Origin: Deltaproteobacteria bacterium
GTDB lineage: Bacteria; Myxococcota; UBA727; VGSZ01
Assembly (NCBI GenBank): GCA_016177705.1
Contig: JACOUT010000009.1
Span: 48,057-112,056 of the forward strand
Length of the DNA stretch: 64,000 nucleotides
Direction of reading: 5' to 3'
Below, one piece after another: positions 20,766 to 29,386 of the stretch (position 1 is its first letter; each line of letters opens with the position of its first letter). The notes below the pieces were generated by a model, which worked only from the letters and a program-made list of their open reading frames with translations, was not told the origin of the DNA and did not search any database. The position numbers were made by a program, and so were the translations under genes.

Positions 20766-21587
20766 GGCGCGATGCTAGCGTGCCGCCGCGTGACGCGAGC
20801 GTGGCTGCGCGCCCTCCTGGTACTGCTGCCGACCACGGCGTGGGCTTCGCTCAGCTTCATTGGCATGGCCAAGCACTGGCCCGTGGTCGGCGAGGTGTGG
20901 AGCTTCTCTCGCTTCGCCTTCGACGAGCTGGGTGTCGCGCCGGCGATGGGCTGGGCGTGCAAGGGCGCGCTGTTCACCGCGCTCGGTATCGCCGTGCTGC
21001 GCCTGTTCGTGCGGCGGCGCTACCTGCTGCACGAGGTCACGCTCGCCCCGGACCTACGACGCTTGCTCTTGCTGGCGCTCGCGGTCGCGCTGCCCGTGCA
21101 GGTGGCGCTCGGCCTGTCCCCCGGCATGCAGCACTTCTACCGCCGGTTCTTCGAGGACGGCGGCGGCACGCGCATCCTCGCCAACGCCATCACCATCTTC
21201 ACCGAGCACCTGTGGATCGAGGGAGTGGTGCTCGGCCTCGCGCTGCTGCCCGGGCTCGTCGAGCGCGTGCGCGCAGAGCAAGGGTGCGCACGTGTGGGTC
21301 GCTTCGCGCGCTTCGGGCTCGGCTATCCCGAGAGTGGGCCGCGCACCGTCAGCGCCTGGCTCGGCGTGCCGCCCGAGGCGTGGCCCGCCATCGCCGCGCA
21401 GGGTGCGCTGTTCTTCCTCGGGCACTTCACCAAGGACCCGTTCGAGGTTGCGACCTCGCTGCCGGGGGGCCTCGCCGTCGGCTGGCTCAGCCTGCGCACG
21501 CGGTCGTTCCTGCCCGCGATGGTGCTGCACCTGGTGACGGGTGCGGTGGTGATCTGCACCATGTGGTTGGCGCGCGCCGTGCGATGA
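20757..21587 (+). CDS. CPBP/Abi-family intramembrane metalloprotease (CAAX protease-like)
   Basis: Multi-TM protein with TEHLWIEGVVLG (EExxxR-like), FLGHFTKDPFE and LHLVTGAVV motifs. The start may be the downstream Met at 20772. Confidence 0.65.
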   Translation: MRHGAMLACRRVTRAWLRALLVLLPTTAWASLSFIGMAKHWPVVGEVWSFSRFAFDELGVAPAMGWACKGALFTALGIAVLRLFVRRRYLLHEVTLAPDLRRLLLLALAVALPVQVALGLSPGMQHFYRRFFEDGGGTRILANAITIFTEHLWIEGVVLGLALLPGLVERVRAEQGCARVGRFARFGLGYPESGPRTVSAWLGVPPEAWPAIAAQGALFFLGHFTKDPFEVATSLPGGLAVGWLSLRTRSFLPAMVLHLVTGAVVICTMWLARAVR

Positions 21588-21627
21588 GGGCACTTCCCGG
21601 CCGCTGCCGTTCGGCTACCATCCTCTC

Positions 21628-22326
21628 ATGCGCACCGAACCGAAGCTGATCGCCGCCGGCAAGGTCCTCGACGCGCTGGGCAAAGACGCCAAGGTCACGA
21701 GCGTCAGCGTGGACGGCGCCACGGTCGACGTCGACCTGGCGCGCGCCGCCTTCGCCGCGGCCTCGGCGCCGCAGCCCGCCGCCGAGGCGAGCGGTGTGGC
21801 GGGCCAACTGCTCGACAAGCTCGACGCCAACCTCGACAAGCTCGAGGAGAAGCTGCGCAGCACCGGGCTCGGCAACAAGATCGCGGACTTCGTGCGCGCC
21901 GATCCCGAGAAGGTCGCCGGCACGGTCACGGTCGACGTCGCGCTGGCCAACGGCGAGCACCTGCGCATCCCGGTGGTGGTGGTCGATACGCGCGCGACCG
22001 CGTTCCTGCAGCGCCTCTCGATGTACACCGAGGCCGCGGCGCTCGTGCCGGTGGTCGGGCAGCTCGCCTCCGGCGCCACCTCGCTTGCCTCGGCCATCGC
22101 CTCGGTGGTCGCCTTTGCGCTCGGCGAGCGTGAGATCGGTCGGTCGCTGCTGCGCACCGCGGGCAAGCAGGTGGTGATGGTGGGCGTGGGTTTCATCCCG
22201 GTCATCAGCAGCGCCACCTCGGCGCTGGCGGTCGTCATCGACCGCGCTGACGCACGGCGCGCGCGTACCGCCTCGGTCGCCGACGTCGTCAACTTGGGCG
22301 CGCCCATCGCCGCCGGCGGGGTCTGA
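21628..22326 (+). CDS. hypothetical protein
   Basis: 232 aa with coding-like composition. No recognisable motif. Lies 4 nt upstream of the next ORF. Confidence 0.45.
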   Translation: MRTEPKLIAAGKVLDALGKDAKVTSVSVDGATVDVDLARAAFAAASAPQPAAEASGVAGQLLDKLDANLDKLEEKLRSTGLGNKIADFVRADPEKVAGTVTVDVALANGEHLRIPVVVVDTRATAFLQRLSMYTEAAALVPVVGQLASGATSLASAIASVVAFALGEREIGRSLLRTAGKQVVMVGVGFIPVISSATSALAVVIDRADARRARTASVADVVNLGAPIAAGGV

Positions 22327-22330
22327 GACT

Positions 22331-22777
22331 GTGGAAATGCGCCACGGCGGCCTGCTTCTCGATGTGCCTGAGGGCTGGGCCGATCAGTCGACGCTGTTGT
22401 TCGTGGCGCCGCCCGAGGTCGGCGCCGCGCCCACCGCGAACCGCAGCGTGCAGGCGACCGAGGCCATCGCGGTGCGCTTCGCCGTCGGTGAGACCGACGC
22501 GCGCCAGGTAGTGCAAGCGGAGTCGGCAGCCCTGACCGCCGCGGATCCGCAAGCGACCTTGCTGTCCGAGGGCGCGTTCAGTTGCGGCCTCGGCAGCGGC
22601 TGGCAGGTGGTGCAGCGCCTCACGGTTGGTGGCGTCGTGCTTCGACAGCTCTCGTGCGCGGTCACGGTGGGCGCGGTGACCGTGGTCGCCACCGCGACGG
22701 CGGCGGATGCGCGCTTCGACAAGCAGCGCGCGCAGCTCGAGCGCGTGCTGGCGTCGATGCGCAGCGAACACCGTTAG
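22331..22777 (+). CDS. hypothetical protein
   Basis: 148 aa (MEMRHGGLLLDVPEGWADQSTLLFVAPPE...). Operonic with the preceding ORF. Confidence 0.45.
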   Translation: MEMRHGGLLLDVPEGWADQSTLLFVAPPEVGAAPTANRSVQATEAIAVRFAVGETDARQVVQAESAALTAADPQATLLSEGAFSCGLGSGWQVVQRLTVGGVVLRQLSCAVTVGAVTVVATATAADARFDKQRAQLERVLASMRSEHR

Positions 22778-22936
22778 AGCACCGAACAGGTTGGCTCCCG
22801 TCGCCAGGCGCATCCTCGGCGACGATGGCGGCGCCGCGTCCTCGCCACTGGCCTACAGGCCCGCGGCTGCGGGGCTCCTTGCCCTCCTCGCCGAGGATGC
22901 GCCGGGCTCGGTCCGCCAACCTGATCGGTGCTCTGA

Positions 22937-23863
22937 TCAGCCTCGCGCGGCGCGCAGGCGCTCGATCAGCAGATCGACGACCGGCGCGACCGTTCCCATC
23001 ACCTTGGCCTCGTCGCCGTAGACCGACACGTGGGCGCCCTGCCACATGCCGGCGAGCGACTGCGCGATGGTCGCGTCTTGCTCGAGGCGCAAGATCTCCT
23101 TGCGCCGCTCGTGCTCGAGCTTGGTCGGTTGGGTGTCGACGAGCGCACGCAGCTCCGCCAGTTGCACCTCGAGGCGACGAGCCGCGAGCTCCTCCGCGAT
23201 CAGCTCGGCGTCGAGCGTGAGGCGCAGCTTCTTCACCGGCGCCTCGGCGTCGAGGCGCGCGCGCTCGCTGTCGAGCTGCGCGAGGCGCACGCGTTCATCG
23301 GTCTCGATGCGCGACAGCTCGCTCGAGGCGCGCACCTTGTCGCGCACGCGCGCCTCGAGCTTCTTGCGCAGGTCCTCGTCGATGATGAACACCTGCGCGA
23401 CCTGCATGACGTCGAGGTCGATGCCCCAACTGCTGCCGGCCTCCGCGTCCTCGATCACGGCGAGCAGGCCGCGCCGGACCGCCTCAGTGAGCGTGGTCTT
23501 GCGACCCTCGATGCACGCTTGCATCGTCATGCTCGCCGCCAGCGCGCGCAGCTCGCCCAGGCACACGTGGGCGAGCCGTTGGCGGATCTGCTCGAGCCCG
23601 CCGCCGCCGACGAAGTCGAAGCGCCGCGCCGCATGCGCGGGCCGCGCGATGCGGTAGATGACGATGCCCTTGAAGCGCAGCGGAATGCCGTCGCTGGTCT
23701 CCTGGGTCATCTCGAAGCAGATCTCCTGCTGGGTGGCCGGCACGCGCACCGCGCTCTCGCCGGGCCAGAGCCAGGCGCGGCCGCCGAGCCCGCGATCCGA
23801 CAGCTCGCCACGCCGCACCACCACCAGAAACTCGTTCGGCATCGCCCGCGCCATCATCGTCAC
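22937..23863 (-). CDS. SPFH/Band-7 (flotillin-like) domain protein with a C-terminal coiled coil
   Basis: PLRFKGIVIYRIARPAHAARRFDF… and a long Glu/Arg/Leu-rich helical tail. Confidence 0.55.
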   Translation of the reverse strand: MTMMARAMPNEFLVVVRRGELSDRGLGGRAWLWPGESAVRVPATQQEICFEMTQETSDGIPLRFKGIVIYRIARPAHAARRFDFVGGGGLEQIRQRLAHVCLGELRALAASMTMQACIEGRKTTLTEAVRRGLLAVIEDAEAGSSWGIDLDVMQVAQVFIIDEDLRKKLEARVRDKVRASSELSRIETDERVRLAQLDSERARLDAEAPVKKLRLTLDAELIAEELAARRLEVQLAELRALVDTQPTKLEHERRKEILRLEQDATIAQSLAGMWQGAHVSVYGDEAKVMGTVAPVVDLLIERLRAARG

Positions 23864-23928
23864 CTCCTGCTGCCATGGTGGCGTTCGTGGGCCCGCCCTT
23901 CCGTATCGCGCGACACCGAGCGCGTCGA

Positions 23929-24606
23929 ATGTCTACGCTCTCGCCTATGGCCAACCCCTCCGCCGCTGACACGACGCGTTGGCTGGCGCGCCTCCCGTGG
24001 ATCGCGCAGCTCGGGCCCGAGGTCGCCGCGGCGCTCGCTGCGACCGCCGAGGTGCGCGCGTTGGCGCGCGGCGAGGTCCTTTGGTCTCGATCGTCGCGGC
24101 CCGATGCCTTGGTCGCCGTGCGTCGCGGGCGCCTCGACGTCGTGCGCGCGAGCGCGCGCGGCGACCGCATGCTCCTGCGCTGCTACGGCCCCACCGAGCT
24201 GCTCGGTCTGTCGACCATCGGCGGCGCGGAGGCGACCGCTGACGTCGTCGCGGCCGAGGCGAGCGCCGTGGTGGTGCTGCGGGGCGCGGAGGTGCGCTCG
24301 ACCCTGGTCGCACGGCCACAGGCGGCGCTCTCTGCCCTGGCGCAGCTCGGCGAGCTGGTGGGCCGGTTGACCGACGAGATCGAGGAGCTGCGCTTCGCCG
24401 ATCTCGACACCCGCCTGCTGCGCGCGCTCGCGCGTCGCGGGCGCGGGCTCGTCGAGCTACGCGTGACCCACGACGAGCTCGCGCAACAGGTGGGAGCCAC
24501 GCGGGAGAACGTGTCGCGCGCGCTCAAGCGGCTCGAGAGTCGCGGATTGCTGCGCCGCCGGCGAGGGCGCATCGAGCTGTTCCACCAAAAGCACGGCGCG
24601 GGGTGA
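23929..24606 (+). CDS. Crp/Fnr-family transcriptional regulator (cNMP-binding domain plus HTH)
   Basis: ELLGLSTIGG…ATADVVAAE cNMP-binding fold. C-terminal HTH THDELAQQVGATRENVSRALKRLESRGLL. Confidence 0.7.
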   Translation: MSTLSPMANPSAADTTRWLARLPWIAQLGPEVAAALAATAEVRALARGEVLWSRSSRPDALVAVRRGRLDVVRASARGDRMLLRCYGPTELLGLSTIGGAEATADVVAAEASAVVVLRGAEVRSTLVARPQAALSALAQLGELVGRLTDEIEELRFADLDTRLLRALARRGRGLVELRVTHDELAQQVGATRENVSRALKRLESRGLLRRRRGRIELFHQKHGAG

Positions 24607-24636
24607 CGCCGCGCTCAGGAGCGCCACCGAGGGCGC

Positions 24637-27600
24637 TCAGGCCGGCTTGTCGCGCAGCTCGAGCAGCAACTGGCGGCCGCGCGCCCACAGGTCTGCCCGG
24701 GTCAGCGTGCCGGCCGCCACCTGCTGCAAGAGCGCCCGCTGCGCGCGGTAGTCGCGGTTGACCACGCCGGCGCGGCTCTGCAACTGCCGCCACGCCTTGC
24801 GACGCTCGACGCAGAACAGCACCATCTGGCGCGAGAGCGCGTAGTAGGCGAGCTCGCCCTCCTCCTCGGTGACCAGGTAGGCGCCGAAGTCGGGCACGTA
24901 GGCGCGGTGCTTTTCGTCGAGGAAGCGGCGCCACACCAGGTCGTCCATGGTGAGCGCGCACAGCAGGTCGTCGAGGTGCGTGAGCTTCTTGGCCTGCTCC
25001 TCCTTGAGCGGCTTCACGTGGCGGCGGAAGCGCGCCTCGGTGGTGGCCCAGTGCGCCACCGTGTACCAGTGCTTGCCGCCGTCCTTGGCGCGACGGATCT
25101 CGCGCCAGTCGCGGTCGACCTCGAGGTTGCCGCCGAGGTCGAGCACCTCGGCGCTGGTCTCGCCCTTCTGCGGGTCGTAGACGAACTGCGGTACCCCGCG
25201 CGAGTCGCGCGCGCGCCGCGCCTGCGTGGAGGCCATGTCGTCGCCCACGCCGTGCTCGGGCTGGCAGGTGGTGAAGGACTGGAAGAACGCAGTGCCGCGA
25301 TACTCGAGCGCGCGCAGCAGCGACTCGTAGAGCCGCTGCTCATCGGCCATCGAGAGCTGCGCGACAAAGGGCGAGCCGTGCCCAACGGTGAACGCCTCGG
25401 CCACCGATTTCTTCTCGGTCAGCTTGCCCTGGGTCGCCGCGCCCATCTGGTTCATGTCGAAGCCACCGGTCAGCACCGACGAGTCCGAGTTCTGGCCGCC
25501 GGTATTCGAATAGACCTGCGTGTCGAGCATCAGCAGCTTCACGTTGGGCCGGTTTTGCAGGACGACCTTCGAGACGTTCTGGAAGCCGATGTCGCCCATG
25601 GCGCCGTCGCCGCCGATGCACCACACGCGCGGTAGCTCGTGCACCTCGCGGTCGGTCATGCGCGTGTCGTCGAGGTGGGTCAGCTCGAAGTAGTCGTCCT
25701 TGCTGAGGGGCAGCTCGGGCTTGTCCAGCAGGGCGTCGGCCAGGCGCTCCGGGATCACCGAGCGGCGCGCGTGGTCGAGGATGAAGCTCTCGCCCAGCAA
25801 CCAGGAGATGGTTGCGCCGTCCTGGAACAGCGAGTTCATCCAAGGGTAGGGGTGCGGCGTGGCGGGTGAGGTCGAGCCGTACACCGTGTTGCAGCCGGTG
25901 TGCGCGCCCATCGCCATCACTGCCATGCCGTTGGCGAGGCGCCCGTCGACGGCCTGCAGGTAGCGATGATTGAAGGCGTCCTGGCGGAGCACGGTGACGA
26001 GCGCGTCGACCAGCTCCCGGTCGCTCTTCTTGCTCGTGGCGGCCACCCGCTTGCCGGTGTCGGCGTCGCTCTCGCCGCCGAGGCCGAGGATCAGGTGCGC
26101 GACGGCACGCGCATAGAGCGCGTACGCCTCCGGGTCCTTTGTCGCGAGCGCGCCGAGCAACTCGGCGCCGCGCTCCTTCAGCACGGCGGCGCGCTGCTCG
26201 AGGCGTGCGGCGCGCGCGTGATAGATGGGGCGCATGTAGGCCTCGGTGATCGACGCCACCGTGTGCAGCACGCTCTTTTCACCGCAGCCCGCGCAGGCGC
26301 CGTCGCCCGACACGAGCGCGCCGTAGTTCTTCTGCACCATCAGGTGGTTGCGCAGCGTGGCCGGGCGCGACTTCTCGGGCGCGTTGTCGTCGTACTTGCC
26401 CAAGAACTTCGTGGGTGTCTGCGGCAGCAGCTCGAAGAAGGCCTGCGCGGACAAGCCGCGCGCGTTCAGCTCTTCTGAGTCGCTGCTCATCTTGAGCGCC
26501 TGTTTGTCGCCGCACTCGACCACGCACTCGCCGCAGCCCTTGCACAGGTCGTTGACGACGATGGAGAAGACCCCGCCCGTTCCCGGCTTGGCCTTCTCGA
26601 GCAGGCTGAACACCGGCTTCACGGCCTGGAAGGCCACCGGCACCGCCTCGAGCGCGGCCTGCAGCTCCGTGCGCGAGGCATGCGACACCTCTGCCAGACC
26701 CTCGACGAGCGGGCGCACCAGGTCGGCGAACTTGTCCTTCTTGCCGGCGCTTGCGATCTCGCCCATGCGCGCGCGCGCCGCCTGCTCGAGGCCGGGTAGC
26801 GCGCCGACGAGCTTCTTGCGATCGCCGGCGTCCGACACGTAGTGACGCACCGCGGTGGCCAGCACCGTCGACAGCTCCTGCGAGGTGTTCAGCAGCGCCG
26901 TGTCGGGGCACGCGGCGATGCATGCCATGCACTGCGTGCAGTTCTCAGCGATGAACACCGGCGTGGCGCGGCGGGCGACGTACTTGGAGGTGGTGGCCCC
27001 GGTGGCGGACGCGATCACACCCACCGAGGCGAGCGCCGAGGCCGGCTGGTCGTAGCCGAGCCCCGCGCGGAACTCGCCGTCGAAGTAGGAGCGCGCGGTG
27101 AGGTTGGGGCGCGCGGGCTGCTCCTGCGGGGGCGGCACGCGGCCGAGCGTGGCCACGTCGTCGAGGGTCTCGACCACGGGCAGCAGCGTCTTGCCACGCA
27201 TGGCCGAGCGATCCTCGGCATGCAACTCGCCGTAGGGCACCGGGCGCACCATGGTGAAGCCGTCGTCCATCACCGCCATGTTGGACGCGACCACCGCGTC
27301 TCCTAGTCGGCCGAATTTCTTCACGTACTGCTCGCGCACCAGCTCGCGGAACTTCTCCTTGGAGATATTGTAGTCGCCGAGGAACGACGACACCGCGAAG
27401 AAGGCACCGAGGAAGGCGTTGCCCTGCATCCGCAACTGCAAGTCGGGACGGTCGGTGGCGCGGCGCGCGATCTCGAAGCCGGGCAGGATGAACAGGCGGA
27501 TGTCCTTCTCGACCACCTCGCGGCGCAGCGCGCGCGGGATGCGCATCCAGGCCTTCTCCGGCGTGTCGTCGCTCTCCCAGACGAAGGCGCCGCCATGCTG

Positions 27601-29325
27601 CACGCCCTGCAGCGGATTACTGTGCGTGAAGGCCTTCGGGTCACAGCACAACACCACGTCGACGTGCCGCAGGTCGCAGTTGACCCGGATGCGCTCGGGG
27701 GCCACCACCAGGAAGTAAGCGGTGGGCGCGCCCTTTTTCTCGGAGCCGTATTTCGGGTTGGCGCTGACGTGCAGCACCTCTGCCGGCAGTCCGTTGGCGT
27801 CGACCAGCCCTCGCTCACGGGCGACGGACTCGCCGAGGTTGCCGACGATCATGCCGAGGTTCTTGCCGGTGGTGATCATCCCCCAGCCGCCGATCGAGTG
27901 CAGACGCACCGCGATGGCCTTCTCGGGCAAGAGCGACGGCGCCGACGCCGACACCACAGCGTAGGGGTGCGGCACGCCGAGCACGAAGTAGCGCTCGCCG
28001 TCCTTGGCGCTCTTGCCGTCGGTGCGCGCGATCTTGCCGGTGGCATACTGCCAGGCGCCCAGCACGTGCTCGGGCCGGAAGTCGCGCGAGCCCAAGCCGT
28101 AGCTGCCGCGGAACAGCGTGGGCTGATCGTCGGGCGCGATGGGCGGCACGGCACCGGGCGCCGCGGCCGCGCCCTCGCGCTGTGCGCGCCACGACTCGAG
28201 CGCCTTGCCGAGCGTGGTGCGAACGTCGCGCGCGAGCGCGTTGTCGCCCGACATCGCGTCGTCGACGCGCTCGAGCACGATGACGTTCTTCTTGCCGGCG
28301 AGCGCGCGGGCCAGCGCCGCCTCGGGGAAGGGCCGCAGCACGTTCAGGTGGATGGAGCCGACGCGCTCGCCGTGGGTCTTCTCGATCCAGTCGACCGCGG
28401 CTTCGATGTTCTCGGCGGCGGAGCCGAGCGTGAGGAACACGGTGTCTGCGCCCTCGCACTTGTGCTCGGTGACGAGGCCGTACTTCCTGCCGGTCAGCTC
28501 GGCGAAGCGCTCGAAGGACTCCTCGAGAAAGCCCAGGATCGGCTCCGAGAAGTTGTTCCGGCGCGCGATGACGCCTTGCATGTAGTGCTCTTGGTTCTGC
28601 ACCGGCCCGATCACCGCAGGGTTCTTGAGGTCGATGACCTCGGGGACGCGGCGGCGCGTTGGGCCAAAGAGCTCGCGTTGCGCGGGGGTGGGGCAGGGGA
28701 TGACGTCGTCGGCTGCACCGAGGAACTCACGGATCAGCTCGGCCTCGTGCATGAAGAAGGTGCGCTCGAGGTGGCTCGTCAGGAAGCCGTCCTGCACGTT
28801 GATGCCCGGGTTGAGCGCCAGCTCGGTTACGCGGCGCAGGATGAGCGCCTGGTCGGCCGCCTGCTGCGCGTCCTTGCCGACGAGGATGATCCAGCCGGTG
28901 TCGAGCGCGGCGTAGAAGTCGTCGTGGCCGCAGTGCACGTTGAGCGCGTGCTTGGTGAGCGCGCGCGCAGCGCACTGCACCACCATGGTCGAGAGCTTGC
29001 CGGGCGCGTGGTAGTACTGCTCGAGGCCGTAGACGAGGCCTTGCCCCGAGGTGAAGTTGACGACGCGCCTGCCCGTGATCGACGCCGCGATGGCGCCGCC
29101 CTGCGCCGCGTGCTCGCCCTCGGCCTCGATGGCGAGCGTGCGGTTGCCGAAGACGTTGAGCTTGCCTTCGGCGAAGGCCTGTTGAAACAGCTCGCCCATC
29201 TCGGTGGACGGCGTGATCGGGTAGAACACGCCCGCGTCGGCCACGCGCGCTTCGGTCATGGAGGCGATCAGCTGGTTGCCGTTGGCGACGACGCGGATGC
29301 CGGGATAGCGCGGGGACGTGGACAT
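24637..29325 (-). CDS. pyruvate:ferredoxin (flavodoxin) oxidoreductase-like fused 2-oxoacid:acceptor oxidoreductase, 1562 aa
   Basis: PFOR N-terminus (GNQLIASMTEARVADAGVFYPITPSTEMGE). Two 4Fe-4S ferredoxin motifs (CTQCMACIAACP, CKGCGECVVECG). TPP-binding GGDGAMGDIGFQN. About 350 aa longer than canonical NifJ. Confidence 0.85.
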   Translation of the reverse strand: MSTSPRYPGIRVVANGNQLIASMTEARVADAGVFYPITPSTEMGELFQQAFAEGKLNVFGNRTLAIEAEGEHAAQGGAIAASITGRRVVNFTSGQGLVYGLEQYYHAPGKLSTMVVQCAARALTKHALNVHCGHDDFYAALDTGWIILVGKDAQQAADQALILRRVTELALNPGINVQDGFLTSHLERTFFMHEAELIREFLGAADDVIPCPTPAQRELFGPTRRRVPEVIDLKNPAVIGPVQNQEHYMQGVIARRNNFSEPILGFLEESFERFAELTGRKYGLVTEHKCEGADTVFLTLGSAAENIEAAVDWIEKTHGERVGSIHLNVLRPFPEAALARALAGKKNVIVLERVDDAMSGDNALARDVRTTLGKALESWRAQREGAAAAPGAVPPIAPDDQPTLFRGSYGLGSRDFRPEHVLGAWQYATGKIARTDGKSAKDGERYFVLGVPHPYAVVSASAPSLLPEKAIAVRLHSIGGWGMITTGKNLGMIVGNLGESVARERGLVDANGLPAEVLHVSANPKYGSEKKGAPTAYFLVVAPERIRVNCDLRHVDVVLCCDPKAFTHSNPLQGVQHGGAFVWESDDTPEKAWMRIPRALRREVVEKDIRLFILPGFEIARRATDRPDLQLRMQGNAFLGAFFAVSSFLGDYNISKEKFRELVREQYVKKFGRLGDAVVASNMAVMDDGFTMVRPVPYGELHAEDRSAMRGKTLLPVVETLDDVATLGRVPPPQEQPARPNLTARSYFDGEFRAGLGYDQPASALASVGVIASATGATTSKYVARRATPVFIAENCTQCMACIAACPDTALLNTSQELSTVLATAVRHYVSDAGDRKKLVGALPGLEQAARARMGEIASAGKKDKFADLVRPLVEGLAEVSHASRTELQAALEAVPVAFQAVKPVFSLLEKAKPGTGGVFSIVVNDLCKGCGECVVECGDKQALKMSSDSEELNARGLSAQAFFELLPQTPTKFLGKYDDNAPEKSRPATLRNHLMVQKNYGALVSGDGACAGCGEKSVLHTVASITEAYMRPIYHARAARLEQRAAVLKERGAELLGALATKDPEAYALYARAVAHLILGLGGESDADTGKRVAATSKKSDRELVDALVTVLRQDAFNHRYLQAVDGRLANGMAVMAMGAHTGCNTVYGSTSPATPHPYPWMNSLFQDGATISWLLGESFILDHARRSVIPERLADALLDKPELPLSKDDYFELTHLDDTRMTDREVHELPRVWCIGGDGAMGDIGFQNVSKVVLQNRPNVKLLMLDTQVYSNTGGQNSDSSVLTGGFDMNQMGAATQGKLTEKKSVAEAFTVGHGSPFVAQLSMADEQRLYESLLRALEYRGTAFFQSFTTCQPEHGVGDDMASTQARRARDSRGVPQFVYDPQKGETSAEVLDLGGNLEVDRDWREIRRAKDGGKHWYTVAHWATTEARFRRHVKPLKEEQAKKLTHLDDLLCALTMDDLVWRRFLDEKHRAYVPDFGAYLVTEEEGELAYYALSRQMVLFCVERRKAWRQLQSRAGVVNRDYRAQRALLQQVAAGTLTRADLWARGRQLLLELRDKPA

Positions 29326-29386
29326 GGGGGCCTCCCGAGGGAGGGCTTAGCAAAAAGGCCGCGCGAGCGAAGGGGCTGTTGCGTGG

